A DNA stretch of 64,000 bases. Source: Lingula anatina. Taxonomy: Eukaryota > Animalia > Brachiopoda. Location: positions 28,772,848 to 28,836,847 of the forward strand of contig CM120643.1 in NCBI GenBank assembly GCA_051362555.1, written 5' to 3'. Position numbers and translations under genes: made by a program. The notes beneath the pieces were generated by a model. That model saw only the letters and a list, made by a program, of their open reading frames with translations. It was not told where the DNA came from and did no database searches. How positions within the stretch are numbered: the first letter of the stretch is position 1; every line of letters begins with the position of its first letter. This document shows positions 50,393-63,200 of this stretch, in pieces.

Positions 50393-53300
50393 GACTGTCA
50401 CTGCAGGCCAACCTTGTGGACAATCAACACAAAGTAGTCAGACGGCGCGTTTACACTCTACTTGTGACGTCCAACCTAATAACCGGACTACGTTTTCTAA
50501 CCAAAAAGAGTCTACCTTCTGAGGATACAGCCGATGGTTTTTGTACTTGTATCGAATAGTATATGGTTTTTGAGGAACGGGGCTGCCACGCCAAGTTCGG
50601 CTGTCTTAAGTAAAGTAAATTCATGTATTATTGGAGACGGCGTCGGTCAGCCTATCCAGTCAATTGAGTCTCTTTGTTGTTATTGAATAGAACTTTCATA
50701 TCACATTCGACCTGCGTGGTTAAAGAGACTTCGAGAAGTTAAGTATGAAAGAGACGGACCAGTGTACAGGGTATCTTGGCAAGTAAGCCTGAAGGTAAAT
50801 AATAGTAAATTAGTATCCACCCGTCCATTCAGGTCCAAGTATGTATCAAACTTTCAACCAATTAAAATAACCCCCGTACTTTTGCTAAATTTGTGTTTCT
50901 TGCATGGTGCAACTTGTATTATTTGATTCACCTTTGTGCATAGACACTTATTTCAAACACACCGAGTTTATCAATAGAGTTTCTTTTATCAATTGCTATA
51001 GAAAATTTTCGGTTACTTACCGGCCAACATTTCCCTGATGAAGTTTTGCTGTCAGCAGACACTAATTTCAAGCACACCCGAGTTTATTTTAATGAGAAAT
51101 TAACTGCTGTAAAAACCTAACTTTGTCATATACTAAAAACACTTACATGTACATGTTACAGTTTGTAGAATGAAAAAAGAACAGGACTAACATTTTATAA
51201 ATATTTTTAGAACTGTAAAAAACGCCCCCCCCCTCGCAGCCTACAGCCCTGCAGTGCGACTGATGAAAGTTTAAAATAAACTAGATCATTTGGAGGAAGT
51301 GAAATAGTGCTATGAGTGACACTAACGAAGGTTAAACATTTTGTTCATTTATGTTTTTGAGTGATAACAGATAAATGTAGTAATTAATTTTGTATTTTTA
51401 AGTTGCTAGACTGATGTGAGGTAAGTGCCACTTCGACAAACAATTCTTCTGCTCTCTAACGTTTAAGAATATTAAAAAAGTTGAATGAACCTATATATTG
51501 AGAATGAGTGAAAACATCTTTATTGGCAAACGGCACTGAGGCTATGGCACTGAGGTATAGAACATTAAAATGCAATTTAATTTAAGCACCAGTTCATAAA
51601 GTTTTGTTGTTATAAAATTGCTGTGGTCCTATATGATATAGTATGCAGAAAGAAGCTGGATCGCTGACAACCGACTTATAATATTGAGCGCATAAACCAC
51701 TTATGGAATAAATATGCAACGAAGTATCGAACTAAAAACCGGCAATGAATAATTCAAATTGAAATCATATGTGAAAATACCGTAATGCTTTGAATTGAAA
51801 TGCATTTTTTACTGCCAACGTGAGCCTGTCCCTATCGTGTTTATTTATTTCAAGCATCTCGTTCAGTTACGGCGCCACATTGTAAAGAAGCGAAGAACTT
51901 AACTTTGATCGATTTAACTGACAGTGAGTAATAATTCATCTAACGCGATGGACATCTCTAGAATGCATCGTTGAGGGTGAAATTTGTGATTTCAAATCTA
52001 ATAAGATCCGCCTTTTTTACTCTGACAGGTCGCGATTGTCATGACCGCTTCTAACAGTCATCCGAAGTCAGCAGCACTGGAGCATCGCCGAGGAACGATG
52101 CTGGTAGCTCTGGCACTAACGGGGTTCTGCGTCCTGGTAACGGCTCTGCCGACCCCGGTCAAGAGAAATGACAGGTAAGTTTTTAAAATTCAATTTGCTA
52201 GCTGGCTTTCAGATTTTAAAAGTTATTTCGACTCATAAAGACAACATTATTGAACTATGTATTTCCAAATCTGTGGGTAGTAAAATAAACATGACATGAG
52301 TCGGTTGTTGGTACCTAATAAACCTACGTACATACTTCAAAGTGTCTGATTAACTGTAAAAATTATCATATTCTAATTGCCAGAAGGGGGGCAATGATTG
52401 AGAAAACTAGCATGTTTGAAACTTAAATTGCTAGGAGAAAAATTAGACATTATGGTGAAAAGATACGTTGATAAAAAGTCGACACTTGAAGCTTAAAATG
52501 TTCCTTCTTAAGACCTTTCTCTCTCTATCCAACAACTCTTTCTTTTAATATATTATAGTATCGTGCAGAGCCACGTTTCTTTTTCCATTACCACAACTGG
52601 TTTAGAGATATGATTGAAATTAGAACTTCGAGCCAGAACGATCATGCTGGTTCACCCTAAATTTCAAAGGGTATTGGATTTCCAGACTGCTGCCTGTATT
52701 TGGTGTATTACCACCAGCATGGTTCGGTTCCGGGTAGTTGAGTATGAAATTTAGGGTGTAATACCTGACTTTTCTAGATCAGAGATGTAGATAGGAAGAA
52801 ATGATCTCGCTCCGGAGGTTCTGACAGGTGTACGTGTGTGTGAGTGAGTAAGTGAAGGCACGCAGCCAGGGAAGGTTTGGGGGTTCGGAAGAACCACCAA
52901 TTTTGTCAATAAAAGGTCAATTTTGTGTATAATTTGAACTAGGAACACATTATAAAAGGTCAACTTTTTCAGAAAAAAAAACCTTTTGAGTTTGCTGGCT
53001 ACGGACCTGGAGAGAGAGAGAGAGAGATAAATAGGGTACAATAATGGTCTCGTGGTCTGCTTTTTTTTTCTTTTTTTTTTCTCTTTTTTCTTTTATTTTT
53101 TTTTTTGGGGGGGGGGGCATTAATCATAAGCTCTTTGTGCAATATTTACACATTCTTATATCTTATTGTATTTTTAATACCCTTCCTCCTCTCGGGCCTT
53201 GCTTCTCAAGACTGTTCATATTGTTTAATAGTACCCGGGGCAACTCCTCAGTGGCCATTAGAAATGGCAAATACTACTCAAATCTAAAACTGCCAAAGTT

Positions 53301-53991
53301 TGAACCGTTTTAACTCTCGTCGTGCTCGATAACTACACAGGTGAAGTCAGACGTAATCTCATTGTAAACTAAAGTGAAAATAAAATCATCAGAAATCATC
53401 TAGCTGGCTAGGAACGTTCCGGGCAGTCTTATTATTAAAAGCGACCAAACTTGATATTGTTTCGGTAGCTTTCCCGCTTTGGCACCACGTCATGCGGCCT
53501 GTAAACCGCGATCAGCATAAAAAGAAAGTATCTTCTAGGCAGAATTGTTTGCCAAATATGTTCTCTTTCTCAAAATTCACATCGCTGCAATTGCTTGAAT
53601 GGAAAGCGTACCAGCTGTAACATATTTGTACGTTTGTTTTTAATGATTCCCTCTTTACAGGGACATGCTAACACTAAAATCGTCCCCCAGTGCTCTTTAA
53701 TGTCATTGGTAATACCAAACTAAATCTCAGCTCAACACAAAGTCATAGTAAAAAAAAGAATCAATCTAGGAACGGTCCGTTTCTGTTTTTCAAACAAGGT
53801 TTCGTGTACATCATCTACTTGAACGTTCACTGATAGTACGATGTACGGGGAATGGTGTTGTGCGGGAAAAATACATTTTTTACGGCTCAAGGACTATCGA
53901 TTGTAATTTCGGACATTTACGTGTGCATCCAAACTGGCCCTCTTCATGACAAGGCAGAAAGTTTGCATTTGATCACAAGTCTTTCAACGAA

Positions 53992-54082
53992 GCTTCCGCG
54001 GTTACGTGGTAACTCCGCTGACTGGGACGCAGCTCGACACACCTACGCCGGTTCGAATTCCAGAAGGTCCAGTAGAATTTTT
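53992..54082 (+). ncRNA. Degenerate tRNA-like Pol III cassette 1 (recurs at +1559 and +3118)
   Basis: A-box-like CGGTTACGTGG with a D-hairpin GTTA/TAAC, a GCTG/CAGC stem, B box GGTTCGAATTCC, then a TTTTT run. Acceptor and T stems are imperfect. Confidence 0.45.
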
Positions 54083-54156
54083 GTTGCTGGCAATCATTTT
54101 TAAATTTTTTCTTTGGTTACTATAAGAGGAAACTCGTATCCACGGAGGGTGGGCGG

Positions 54157-54360
54157 GTCACTCACGGCGCAATCGGTAGCGTGCACGGCTGCTAAAAAAG
54201 ATCCAAACTCATCACCTACCATGGTAACGAGTCACGAGTAGTCACGAGTTCGAATCCCGGATGAGGCATGTCACCTGCCCACAGATACGAGCTGGCCACG
54301 TGAATGGAAAGTCGCGCAAAACGAATGCACGCTCTCGTCGGTCCCGGCAAATTACCTTTT
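54157..54360 (+). ncRNA. tRNA-derived Pol III cassette 2 (SINE-like head + ~90-nt tail); copies at 55716-55919 and 57275-57479
   Basis: TATAA about 35 nt upstream. GGCGCAATCGGTAGCGTGCACGGCTGCTAA closely resembles the D arm and anticodon arm of eukaryotic tRNA-Asn. B box GAGTTCGAATCC; ends in TTTT. Confidence 0.55.
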
Positions 54361-57300
54361 GCATAAAAAGCCGATATAGTTAATTAAGCATAGGTGATCG
54401 ATTTTACAACCTTTTTTGCTGGTCGTGATCATAATGTCTGCCTCGTCAATAACAATTCCTTACTCTTCATTTGAAGGTTCTTAAAATGATGCTTAGGCGG
54501 GGATCGTCGTTGATCTCTATCCTTCACCAGCTACGCAACACTTCAAACTTGAATTGAGTCAGTATGTAGCTAACCCGGCATGGCGCCATGCATGTCATAC
54601 TACCCTTTCATCTGAGAGTGCTGTTTTCTCGGTGGGATTATCAGCAAGATATTTTATTTATTTATTAATTTTTTCGAAAGTCACGTCACCGCTATTGCTC
54701 TACCCATTCTTACATTTTGTTGTTTTTTCATGCCCTCCCTCCTCCCGGGCCTTGCTTCTAAGGACTATTATTATTGTCTTACAGTACCCGGGGCAACACC
54801 TCAGTGGCCATTAGAAATGGCAAAGACTACTCAAATCCAAAACTGCCAAAGTGTGAACCGTTTTAGCTCTCGTCGTGCTCGATAACTACAAAGGTGAAGT
54901 CAGACGTAATCTCATTGTAAACTAAAATATAAATAAAATCATCAGAAATCATCTAGCTGGCTAGGAACGTTCCGGGCAGTCTTATTAATAAAAGCGACCA
55001 AACTTGATATTGTTTCGGTAGCTTTCCCGCTTTGGCACCACGTCATGCGGCCTGTAAACCGCGATCAGCATAAAAAGAAAGTATCTTCTAGGCAGAATTG
55101 TTTGCCAAATATGTTCTCTTTCTCAAAATTCACATCGCTGCAATTGCTTGAATGGAAAGCGTACCAGCTGTAACATATTTGTACGTTTTTTTTAATGATT
55201 CCCTCTTTACAGGGACATGCTACATGTAACACTAAAATCGTCCCCCAGTGCTCTTTAATGTCATTGGTAATACCAAACTAAATCTTAGCTCAACACAAAG
55301 TCATAGTAAAAAAAAGAATCAATCTAGGAACGGTCCGTTTCTGTTTTTCAAACAAGGTTTCGTGTACATCATCTACTTGAACGTTCACTGATAGTACGAT
55401 GTACGGGGAATGGTGTTGTGCGGGAAAAAATACATTTTTTACGGCTCAAGGACTATCGATTGTAATTTCGGACATTTACGTGTGCATCCAAACTGGCCCT
55501 CTTCATGACAAGGCAGAAAGTTTGCATTTGATCACAAGTCTTTCAACGAAGCTTCCGCGGTTACGTGGTAACTCCGCTGACTGGGACGCAGCTCGACACA
55601 CCTACGCCGGTTCGAATTCCAGAAGGTCCAGTACAATTTTTGTTGCTGGCAATCATTTTTAAATCTTTTCTTTGTTTACTATAAGAGGAAACTCGTATCC
55701 ACGGAGGGTGGGCGGGTCACTCACGGCGCAATCGGTAGCGTGCACGGCTGCTAAAAAAGATCCAAACTCATCACCTACCATGGTAACGAGTCACGAGTAG
55801 TCACGAGTTCGAATCCCGGATGAGGCATGTCACCTGACCACAGATACGAGCTGGCCACGTGATTGGAAAGGCGCGCAAAACGAATGCACGCTCTCGTTGG
55901 TCCCGGCAAATTACCTTTTGCATAAAAAGCCGATATAGTTAATTAAGCATAGGTGATCGATTTTACAACCTTTTTTGCTGGTCGTGATCATAATGTCTGC
56001 CTCGTCAATAACAATTCCTTACTCTTCATTTGAAGGTTCTTAAAATGATGCTTAGGCGGGGATCGTCGTTGATCTCTATCCTTCACCAGCTACGCAACAC
56101 TTCAAACTTGAATTGAGTCAGTATGTAGCTAACCCGGCATGGCGCCATGCATGTCATACTACCCTTTCATCTGAGAGTGCTGTTTTCTCGGTGGGATTAT
56201 CAGCAAGATATTTTATTTATTTATTAATTTTTTCGAAAGTCACGTCAACGCTATTGCTCTACCCATTCTTACATTTTGTTGTTTTTTCATGCCCTCCCTC
56301 CTCCCGGGCCTTGCTTCTAAGGACTATTATTATTGTCTTACAGTACCCGGGGCAACACCTCAGTGGCCATTAGAAATGGCAAAGACTACTCAAATCCAAA
56401 ACTGCCAAAGTGTGAACCGTTTTAGCTCTTGTCGTGCTCGATAACTACAAAGGTGAAGTCAGACGTAATCTCATTGTAAACTAAAATATAAATAAAATCA
56501 TCAGAAATCATCTAGCTGGCTAGGAACGTTCCGGTCAGTCTTATCAATAAAAGCGACCAAACTTGATATTGTTTCGGTAGCTTTCCCGCTTTGGCACCAC
56601 GTCATGCGGCCTGTAAACCGCGATCAGCATAAAAAGAAAGTATCTTCTAGGCAGAATTGTTTGCCAAATATGTTCTCTTTCTCAAAATTCACATCGCTGC
56701 AATTGCTTGAATGGAAAGCGTACCAGCTGTAACATATTTGTACGTTTTTTTTAATGATTCCCTCTTTACAGGGACATGCTACATGTAACACTAAAATCGT
56801 CCCCCAGTGCTCTTTAATGTCATTGGTAATACCAAACTAAATCTTAGCTCAACACAAAGTCATAGTAAAAAAAAGAATCAATCTAGGAACGGTCCGTTTC
56901 TGTTTTTCAAACAAGGTTTCGTGTACATCATCTACTTGAACGTTCACTGATAGTACGATGTACGGGGAATGGTGTTGTGCGGGAAAAAATACATTTTTTA
57001 CGGCTCAAGGACTATCGATTGTAATTTCGGACATTTACGTGTGCATCCAAACTGGCCCTCTTCATGACAAGGCAGAAAGTTTGCATTTGATCACAAGTCT
57101 TTCAACGAAGCTTCCGCGGTTACGTGGTAACTCCGCTGACTGGGACGCAGCTCGACACACCTACGCCGGTTCGAATTCCAGAAGGTCCAGTAGAATTTTT
57201 GTTGCTGGCAATCGTTTTTAAATTTTTTCTTTGGTTACTATAAGAGGAAACTCGTATCCACGGAGGGTGGGCGGGTCACTCACGGCGCAATCGGTAGCGT

Positions 57301-58050
57301 GCACGGCTGCTAAAAAAGATCCAAACTCATCACCTACCATGGTAACGAGTCACGAGTAGTCACGAGTTCAAATCCCGGATGAGGCATGTCACCTGCCCAC
57401 CGATACGAGCTGGCCACGTGAATGGAAAGGCGCGCAAAACGAATGCACGCTCTCGTCGGTCCCGGCAAATTACCTTTTTCATAAAAAGGTCTTAGCTTCC
57501 CCAAATCACCAAACCGGCATTCTGGATAGACGCTGGCATGCACGCCAGGGAGTGGATTGGGATCTCCTCCGCTCTTTACTTTATAAACAAGGTACACATT
57601 CATACGACTGTCAGCAAACGCTTTGTACGGTAACGGTTTCCGTAATTGAAACCTGCTCTTTACTTTTTAAACTTTTGGGGTGTTCGGGTGTGGCTAATTT
57701 TTTGCTTTGTTCATGAGTAATTATTGTTTTGCACCATTCTAAAATCTACCCCCTATTTTCAAGCTGATCACTGACTACGATCAGCCAGACGTAAAGAACT
57801 TGGTGGACTCGTATGACTGGTATATCCTACCCGTGGCCAACCCTGACGGATATTAGTACTCTCACACACACGTAAAAGAACTGCCATGATTTATACTATA
57901 TAAGTGCTAAATATAACGAACCAGCAAAGCCGTCAAATGTACAGACAAAAAGCAGAAAATAATAATGTACAAAATGGGATGCTGTGAATTCTGATGCAAT
58001 AATACTAGACTATACATTATGCTTAACTGCAAAGTCGACATCAAATTTTG

Positions 58051-58085
<35 letters not shown>

Positions 58086-58573
58086 TTATTGAACATTAAA
58101 ATGTGTACAGTTACATTTTACAAGCTCTCTAAACTAAAGCTTTACATAAATTTTGCACATAGGATTAAATAAGTATAACTACTTTAGATCATTCTAATAC
58201 AAAAATACATATAAGCCAACTACTTCAGACATATAGCTCACAACAGTAAGACACAATTTTATCATACTGGATATAGTATTTTGCACAATATGCATTTGCT
58301 ACTTTGGCATATCTGACTGTATAAACTTGGCCACTGCTGATGCACTTGCATGACACTGTGGATTGAGAGTTTGTATTATTTTGCTATTATCATCAGTGCC
58401 TGATAGACCAGAGAATCCTGACAGGGAATCAAACTTTTTTTACGCTCACATTATGCACAACAGATAATAGGCTTCAGGCCGAAGAGAGTTTTCATACTTC
58501 GAAAATGCCAGAACGAAAAAAAGTGAAAATATCACAAAAATGCATAAATTCAATAAGAAAAATTATAAGCCAA

Positions 58574-58992
58574 CACTGAGAATAAAAGTGACTCCAAACT
58601 TGGAGTCCAGCAGTGGTGCCTAAAATAACTACCAATTGGAGTCAAGTTGACTCCGATGGAGTAACGCCATCCCAACCCCCACAGGAGGGTCACAATTGAC
58701 TCCATTCACACATCCATTCATCCCTTGATTTATCTCTACAAAAGAGTCACCATGACTCCATATTAAGGAATGTTTGAGTCCTTGGCACATTATGAAAAAA
58801 AGAAAACAACAATGAGAGTGCCAAGCGGGGAGACAGCAGGTACCGTTTATTAAAGACTGGTATACGTGCCTGGACGGGTGTGAACCCACATCCTCCCGCT
58901 CAGGAGGCGGACACTCTAACCACAAGGCCATCCGGTCGCTTTTGGTGTTTATGTTGCAATAACAAACCTGGTAATAAACAGCATGACAGACA

Positions 58993-59031
<39 letters not shown>

Positions 59032-59570
59032 CAATGAGTGAGCATAACTCCCCAGTGACATGCATTGGCGGGTCAAACCTACAAACTGGAAACAAAACCT
59101 GCTGACTTGTATACCAACATAGCACATAAAGGGTGTGGGCAACTGAAAGCCCGGGCCAGTTATTAGTGCACGAGTTCTGCATGAAGAACCACACAGAAAA
59201 CCACTTGTTCATGCATAAAACCAACTATGGCCAATAAAGTAATGTTCATACTGACAAAGGATGATGAAAACTGTTCTCTCCACGCCGTCTGCTCACTGCC
59301 ATCACAAGTAATGAAACGAAACTTACTGTCCAGCGAGCGAAAAGAGTCGGTGAAAGGGGTCAGCCAGACATTGGCCCCCGGTAATGTAACTATGATATTA
59401 GAGTCAGATTGACTCCATGAGATCCAGGGGGTGATTGACTCAGATAAGAGATAAAGACTCTGGTAGTGGGGTAATTTGACCCTTACATAGGGGTCAAATT
59501 AACTCCATGAGGGTCAAGAGGTGCTGGACTCTGACTAGAGAGTCAAATGACTCCAATTTTATTCTCAGTG
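58574..59570. mobile_element. Non-autonomous CACTA/EnSpm-like element, nested
   Basis: TIR CACTGAGAATAAAA / TTTTATTCTCAGTG, 2-bp AA TSD, and many subterminal GACTCC/GGAGTC repeats. Confidence 0.8.
58811..58938 (-). mobile_element. Truncated tRNA-derived SINE with a MetaSINE-like core
   Basis: Reverse complement has A box TGGCCTTGTGG and B box GGTTCACACCC, then ATACCAGTCTTTAATAAACGGTACCTGCTGTCTCCCCGCTTGGCACTC, which resembles the Meta core domain (recognised from memory, not aligned). Confidence 0.65.
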
Positions 59571-60236
59571 AATAGAGCTGATTTCTAATTTGAGTTGTAT
59601 GTCAGTTAAGCATGATGTATTATTGCATCAGAATCCTATTTTGTGCAACGTTATTTTCTGCTTTTTGTCTGTACATTTGACAGTTTTGCTGCCTTGTTAT
59701 TTCTTATTTTCCATGAAACAAATTCATTTTACACGGTGATTCGTGATTTTCTACTCGCATTTTCAATGAAATGTGAATAAAGATTATTTATTTAATCTGA
59801 TTCGTGATTTGATGATTTTATTTCATGTGAACTGTTGTCACTAACCACCATTAAAGGGACTTTCATTTAAACCTTTCAAGTTGACTCAATGCCAGGTTTA
59901 AATGTTAACAAATTACTTAACTCGCACTGTTTTAGAATCGCACGTGGCGCAAGACACGGTCAAAGCAGGATAATGATTGCTACGGAGTCGATGCTAACAG
60001 GAACTTTGACATTCACTGGAATGGTAAGAATACGGTGCGCCAGAACGCATACATAGAGACCATTACAGGATTAAGCGGTCTTCCTTTCATGTAGGTCCGC
60101 CTTATTTAGGCCGTGGGCTAGCTAGAACTCGGCTCTTCTCATTCTGAATGGCCTCATGAATCCACTAATGACCAAAACTTATAGTCGAGTTGCCACTTCT
60201 AGGGCCCAATGCTCTAACCCAGCAATGTCTTTTTTC

Positions 60237-63200
60237 TAGACTCTTTTTACAGATATGCATTCCTTATGGTAAGAGAAGCAATATTGATTTTGTTACAGCT
60301 TCTGACACATTTTTCAAAATGGCTGCCGATTTGTGAGAGAAAATAGATATACAGCCCAAAAACAGTTCTTTCAGAACAGCACAGCAGAATTGATGATTAC
60401 ACGTTTAGGCTAGTCAATAAACAACTTAGGTTGGAAAAAATTGGTGACAAAGGTTTCTCAATTGATTCTGGTCCGTTGAAGGCCCAATATAGCCCAAAAA
60501 ATTTTCCCCATGAATCCCCCCATGGCAAAGTCTCATTTTCCACAAAAATCCAAAATGGCCGCTATTGAATGGGGTGGGTGGACTTGAAATCCATAACTTG
60601 GGAACGCAATGTCACAGAAACATGCTTTAAGTATCAATTCCTACTAAGTGAGGGATCCCCAATCTTTTGCAACTAGTCTCAAGGTCACTGGAGGTCAAGG
60701 TCATGACCATATTACAAAGTCAAGGCATATTTGGAGAAAAAAACCCCATAATGTCTATATGACAGTTTCCCAATGTCACTGAAACATGTTTTAAGTATCA
60801 ACGCCTACTAAGTGAGGGATCCCCAATCTTTTGCAACTAGTATCAAGGTCACCAGAGGTCAAGGTCATGACCTTATTACAAGGTCAAGGCATTTTTGGAG
60901 CAAAAAAACCCTTAATGTCTATATGACAGTTTCCAAGTGTCATAGAAACATGTTATAAGAAACAATACCAACCAAGTGGGACACTGCCAAACACTTGCAA
61001 CTATTTTCAAGGTCAGCAGAGGCCAATATTATTAAAAAATGTCAAGGTCATGGCATTTTCCAAGTGAATGATATCATATCTATATCTTGGTAACCGTATG
61101 TCACTAAATCATGCATGTTTAATGTATCAGTTCTTCTAAATGAGAAGTAAACAATCAATTGCAACTAATTTAAAGGTCGCCAGAGATTAAGTTTTTGACT
61201 GCTAATTACAAGGTCATGAGGTTTAAAAGCAAAATTCCATACTTTCTCAATTACCAAATGTGTCAGAAACGCGTTTAGCGGGCCAATTAATGCCTTGAAA
61301 ATGGGGCCCTCTTTATCATTTGCAACTATTTCCAAAATCTAGGAGGTACAGGCTTGACCTTATTGCAAGGTCATCATGAAATTTAATGAAAATTTGATTC
61401 TAGGTAGTGCTAAATACAACACATAAGAGTGTTTAAGAGAAAAATATGCATCTCCATTCTTTATGACAAATGTTACATTTTATAGAACGACCTGAGCCCA
61501 TTGTGGTTTGATGTAAATACTTTTAAATTTTAATACAGGTGCCACAGGCATAAACTCTCTTCTTGTCTGCCCAATGATTGACCTAAAGCCTTCTTGTCCT
61601 ACCTTTTTATGTATGATCTACTTTGGAGTATCTGTGTGCCATTGTAGAGAGGAGATAGTGGATAAAGCATATTTATTTGTCCATTTAATCAGTATCTGTA
61701 TTTGGTTGCTTTTATGACAACCAAAGGCCAGCCATTACTGAATTGCCAATGGTAAAGTGTGTTGATTCTTAATGGTCGATTCAATACCTTTAGCTCCATC
61801 ATGGATGGGTGAGGTCTAAAAGCTATACCCTCTCCCAAGCCTACTGAGCATGCTGACACAAGTCTGTACTTGGGTTAATTGGGTAATTTTAATGTGCTGA
61901 GTGGGAAATTAATAAGTTTTTTTGTGTGAAGACAAACTTGTAGATGGTGCACTTTGAGTGTCATTTCAGCATCTTTTTTCCTAAATATCCCAATTCTTGG
62001 TCCTGCAGTGGGATTCTGAAATAAGCAGCAGATCATTTGCTGGGAAGAACTTGTTCACCGCAAGTGAACACTCTACTAGAAGGTGTAGTATGTTTTGGTC
62101 GATAAACTTTAAAGCTGCTGTTTCGTGGTGTGGTCATCTGTGTCAAAAGTAGTTACATGTTTTCATATAATGCCAGCTCCTGTCAGATTGGAGAACTAGT
62201 ACCGAGCCATGATTGCAACCTGGAAGTTTTTATCAGGTCTGTTAGGATAGGAAACTGGCTACAGGCTCTCGTCATCATCCTTCGTTTACTTTGCTGCAGC
62301 TCAGTTGACAGTCATTGTGTCGAGCTTGCGGTCTCAAATAGGGGGAGGGGGGCTTTTTCTGAAAAAGTGGACCTTCTACCAAGAAATATTTGTGTAATTA
62401 GATAAAATTTTATCCAGAACACCACTGGCTACAGGCCTGTATTTGATGGTCAAAGCACCAAGGACACAAGGGACGTACAAACGGTTGTAGCTGTGGGCTA
62501 GGAACTAACACGTATGTAAAGGACTTTGTATCCTTCAGTTTGAAGCTGACCACGTAGAAATAACCTTCTGACAAATATTAAGTGATCCGGTGGTAATAAA
62601 TGCTTATTGAATGTTGTGCATTAATGCAGACTACCTTATCCTCAAGTTGTATTGAAGCAAATAGTCCAACTTATCTGCAGAGGACACATTTGCCTTTTAA
62701 TCACTGTCCATCATGCAGTCAAATTGCTCCTTAAATTTGTCCAGGAAAATGCATTTCTTCTCTGAAAAGGACTCTTATTGACCCATACCTAACTCTGCTA
62801 TGCCACATCTACATGTAGACCTATTGTTTAAGACCCACAGCTAGCAATTGTGATAAACTTGTGGCCAGTAAGTTTGAAGATTTGAGAGAAGCATTGGAAG
62901 TGAATATCTGAGAAATCAACATTTGATATTTTTTTAAAGCTGGAGAGAAACCCAACTTATTTGTTACGGATGTTCAAATGGTGTAGCAATCTGACTTCTG
63001 GGCAAGAAGGTAAATACCATAAAAATGTGCCATCCCACCTGGTTATATTTCCCCAGGGAAACTGCTTACCTACTTCTGATATGGTTGTTTCATTCCTTAT
63101 AAACTCACCACCGGTTGTATGATTTTTTTTTACTGGCAGTTTGTACCCCCAGCCTGTGTACAATATAAAACGTCCCCATTTCTAATTCCATAATATTTTA

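Larger units (their letters stand above)
53185..57488. repeat. Tandem array of ~1.56-kb units, ~2.75 near-identical copies
   Basis: Landmark GTGGCCATTAGAAATGGC at 53251, 54804 and 56363 (periods 1553 and 1559); the ORF track repeats accordingly. Confidence 0.97.
57916..59697. mobile_element. TA-flanked TIR element in pseudogene intron 7
   Basis: Imperfect ~80-bp TIR (CAGCAAAGCCGTCAAATGTACAGACAAAAAGCAGAAAATAA / TTATTTTCTGCTTTTTGTCTGTACATTTGACAGTTTTGCTG) with TA on both flanks. Confidence 0.7.
52098..60023 (+). pseudogene. Carboxypeptidase M14A paralogue, pseudogene (may continue beyond the window)
   Basis: Exon 1 copy 52098-52174 (MLVALALTGFCVLVTALPTPVKRND). Exons 2-5 not found. 5'-altered exon 6 at ~57496-57591 ([28 protein letters not shown]). 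Exon 7 at 57764-57871 has an in-frame TAG at 57854-57856 (NPDGY*Y). Exon 8 at 59936-60023 (NRTWRKTRSKQDNDCYGVDANRNFDIHWN). Confidence 0.88.

Noticed and set aside
54009-54075. Twister-ribozyme-like TAACTCCGC...GCCGGT sequence
   Set aside because: It lacks the CCCAAGCCC core and the downstream GGAG pseudoknot partner; a tRNA-like B-box cassette explains it better.
54157-54268. Functional intron-containing tRNA-Ser(GCT) or tRNA-Asn
   Set aside because: Acceptor and T stems do not pair adequately; kept only as a tRNA-derived cassette.
53852-57221. Repeated 83-87-aa ORFs in the tandem array
   Set aside because: No recognisable domain; they recur only because the DNA is duplicated, and one set overlaps the Pol III cassette.
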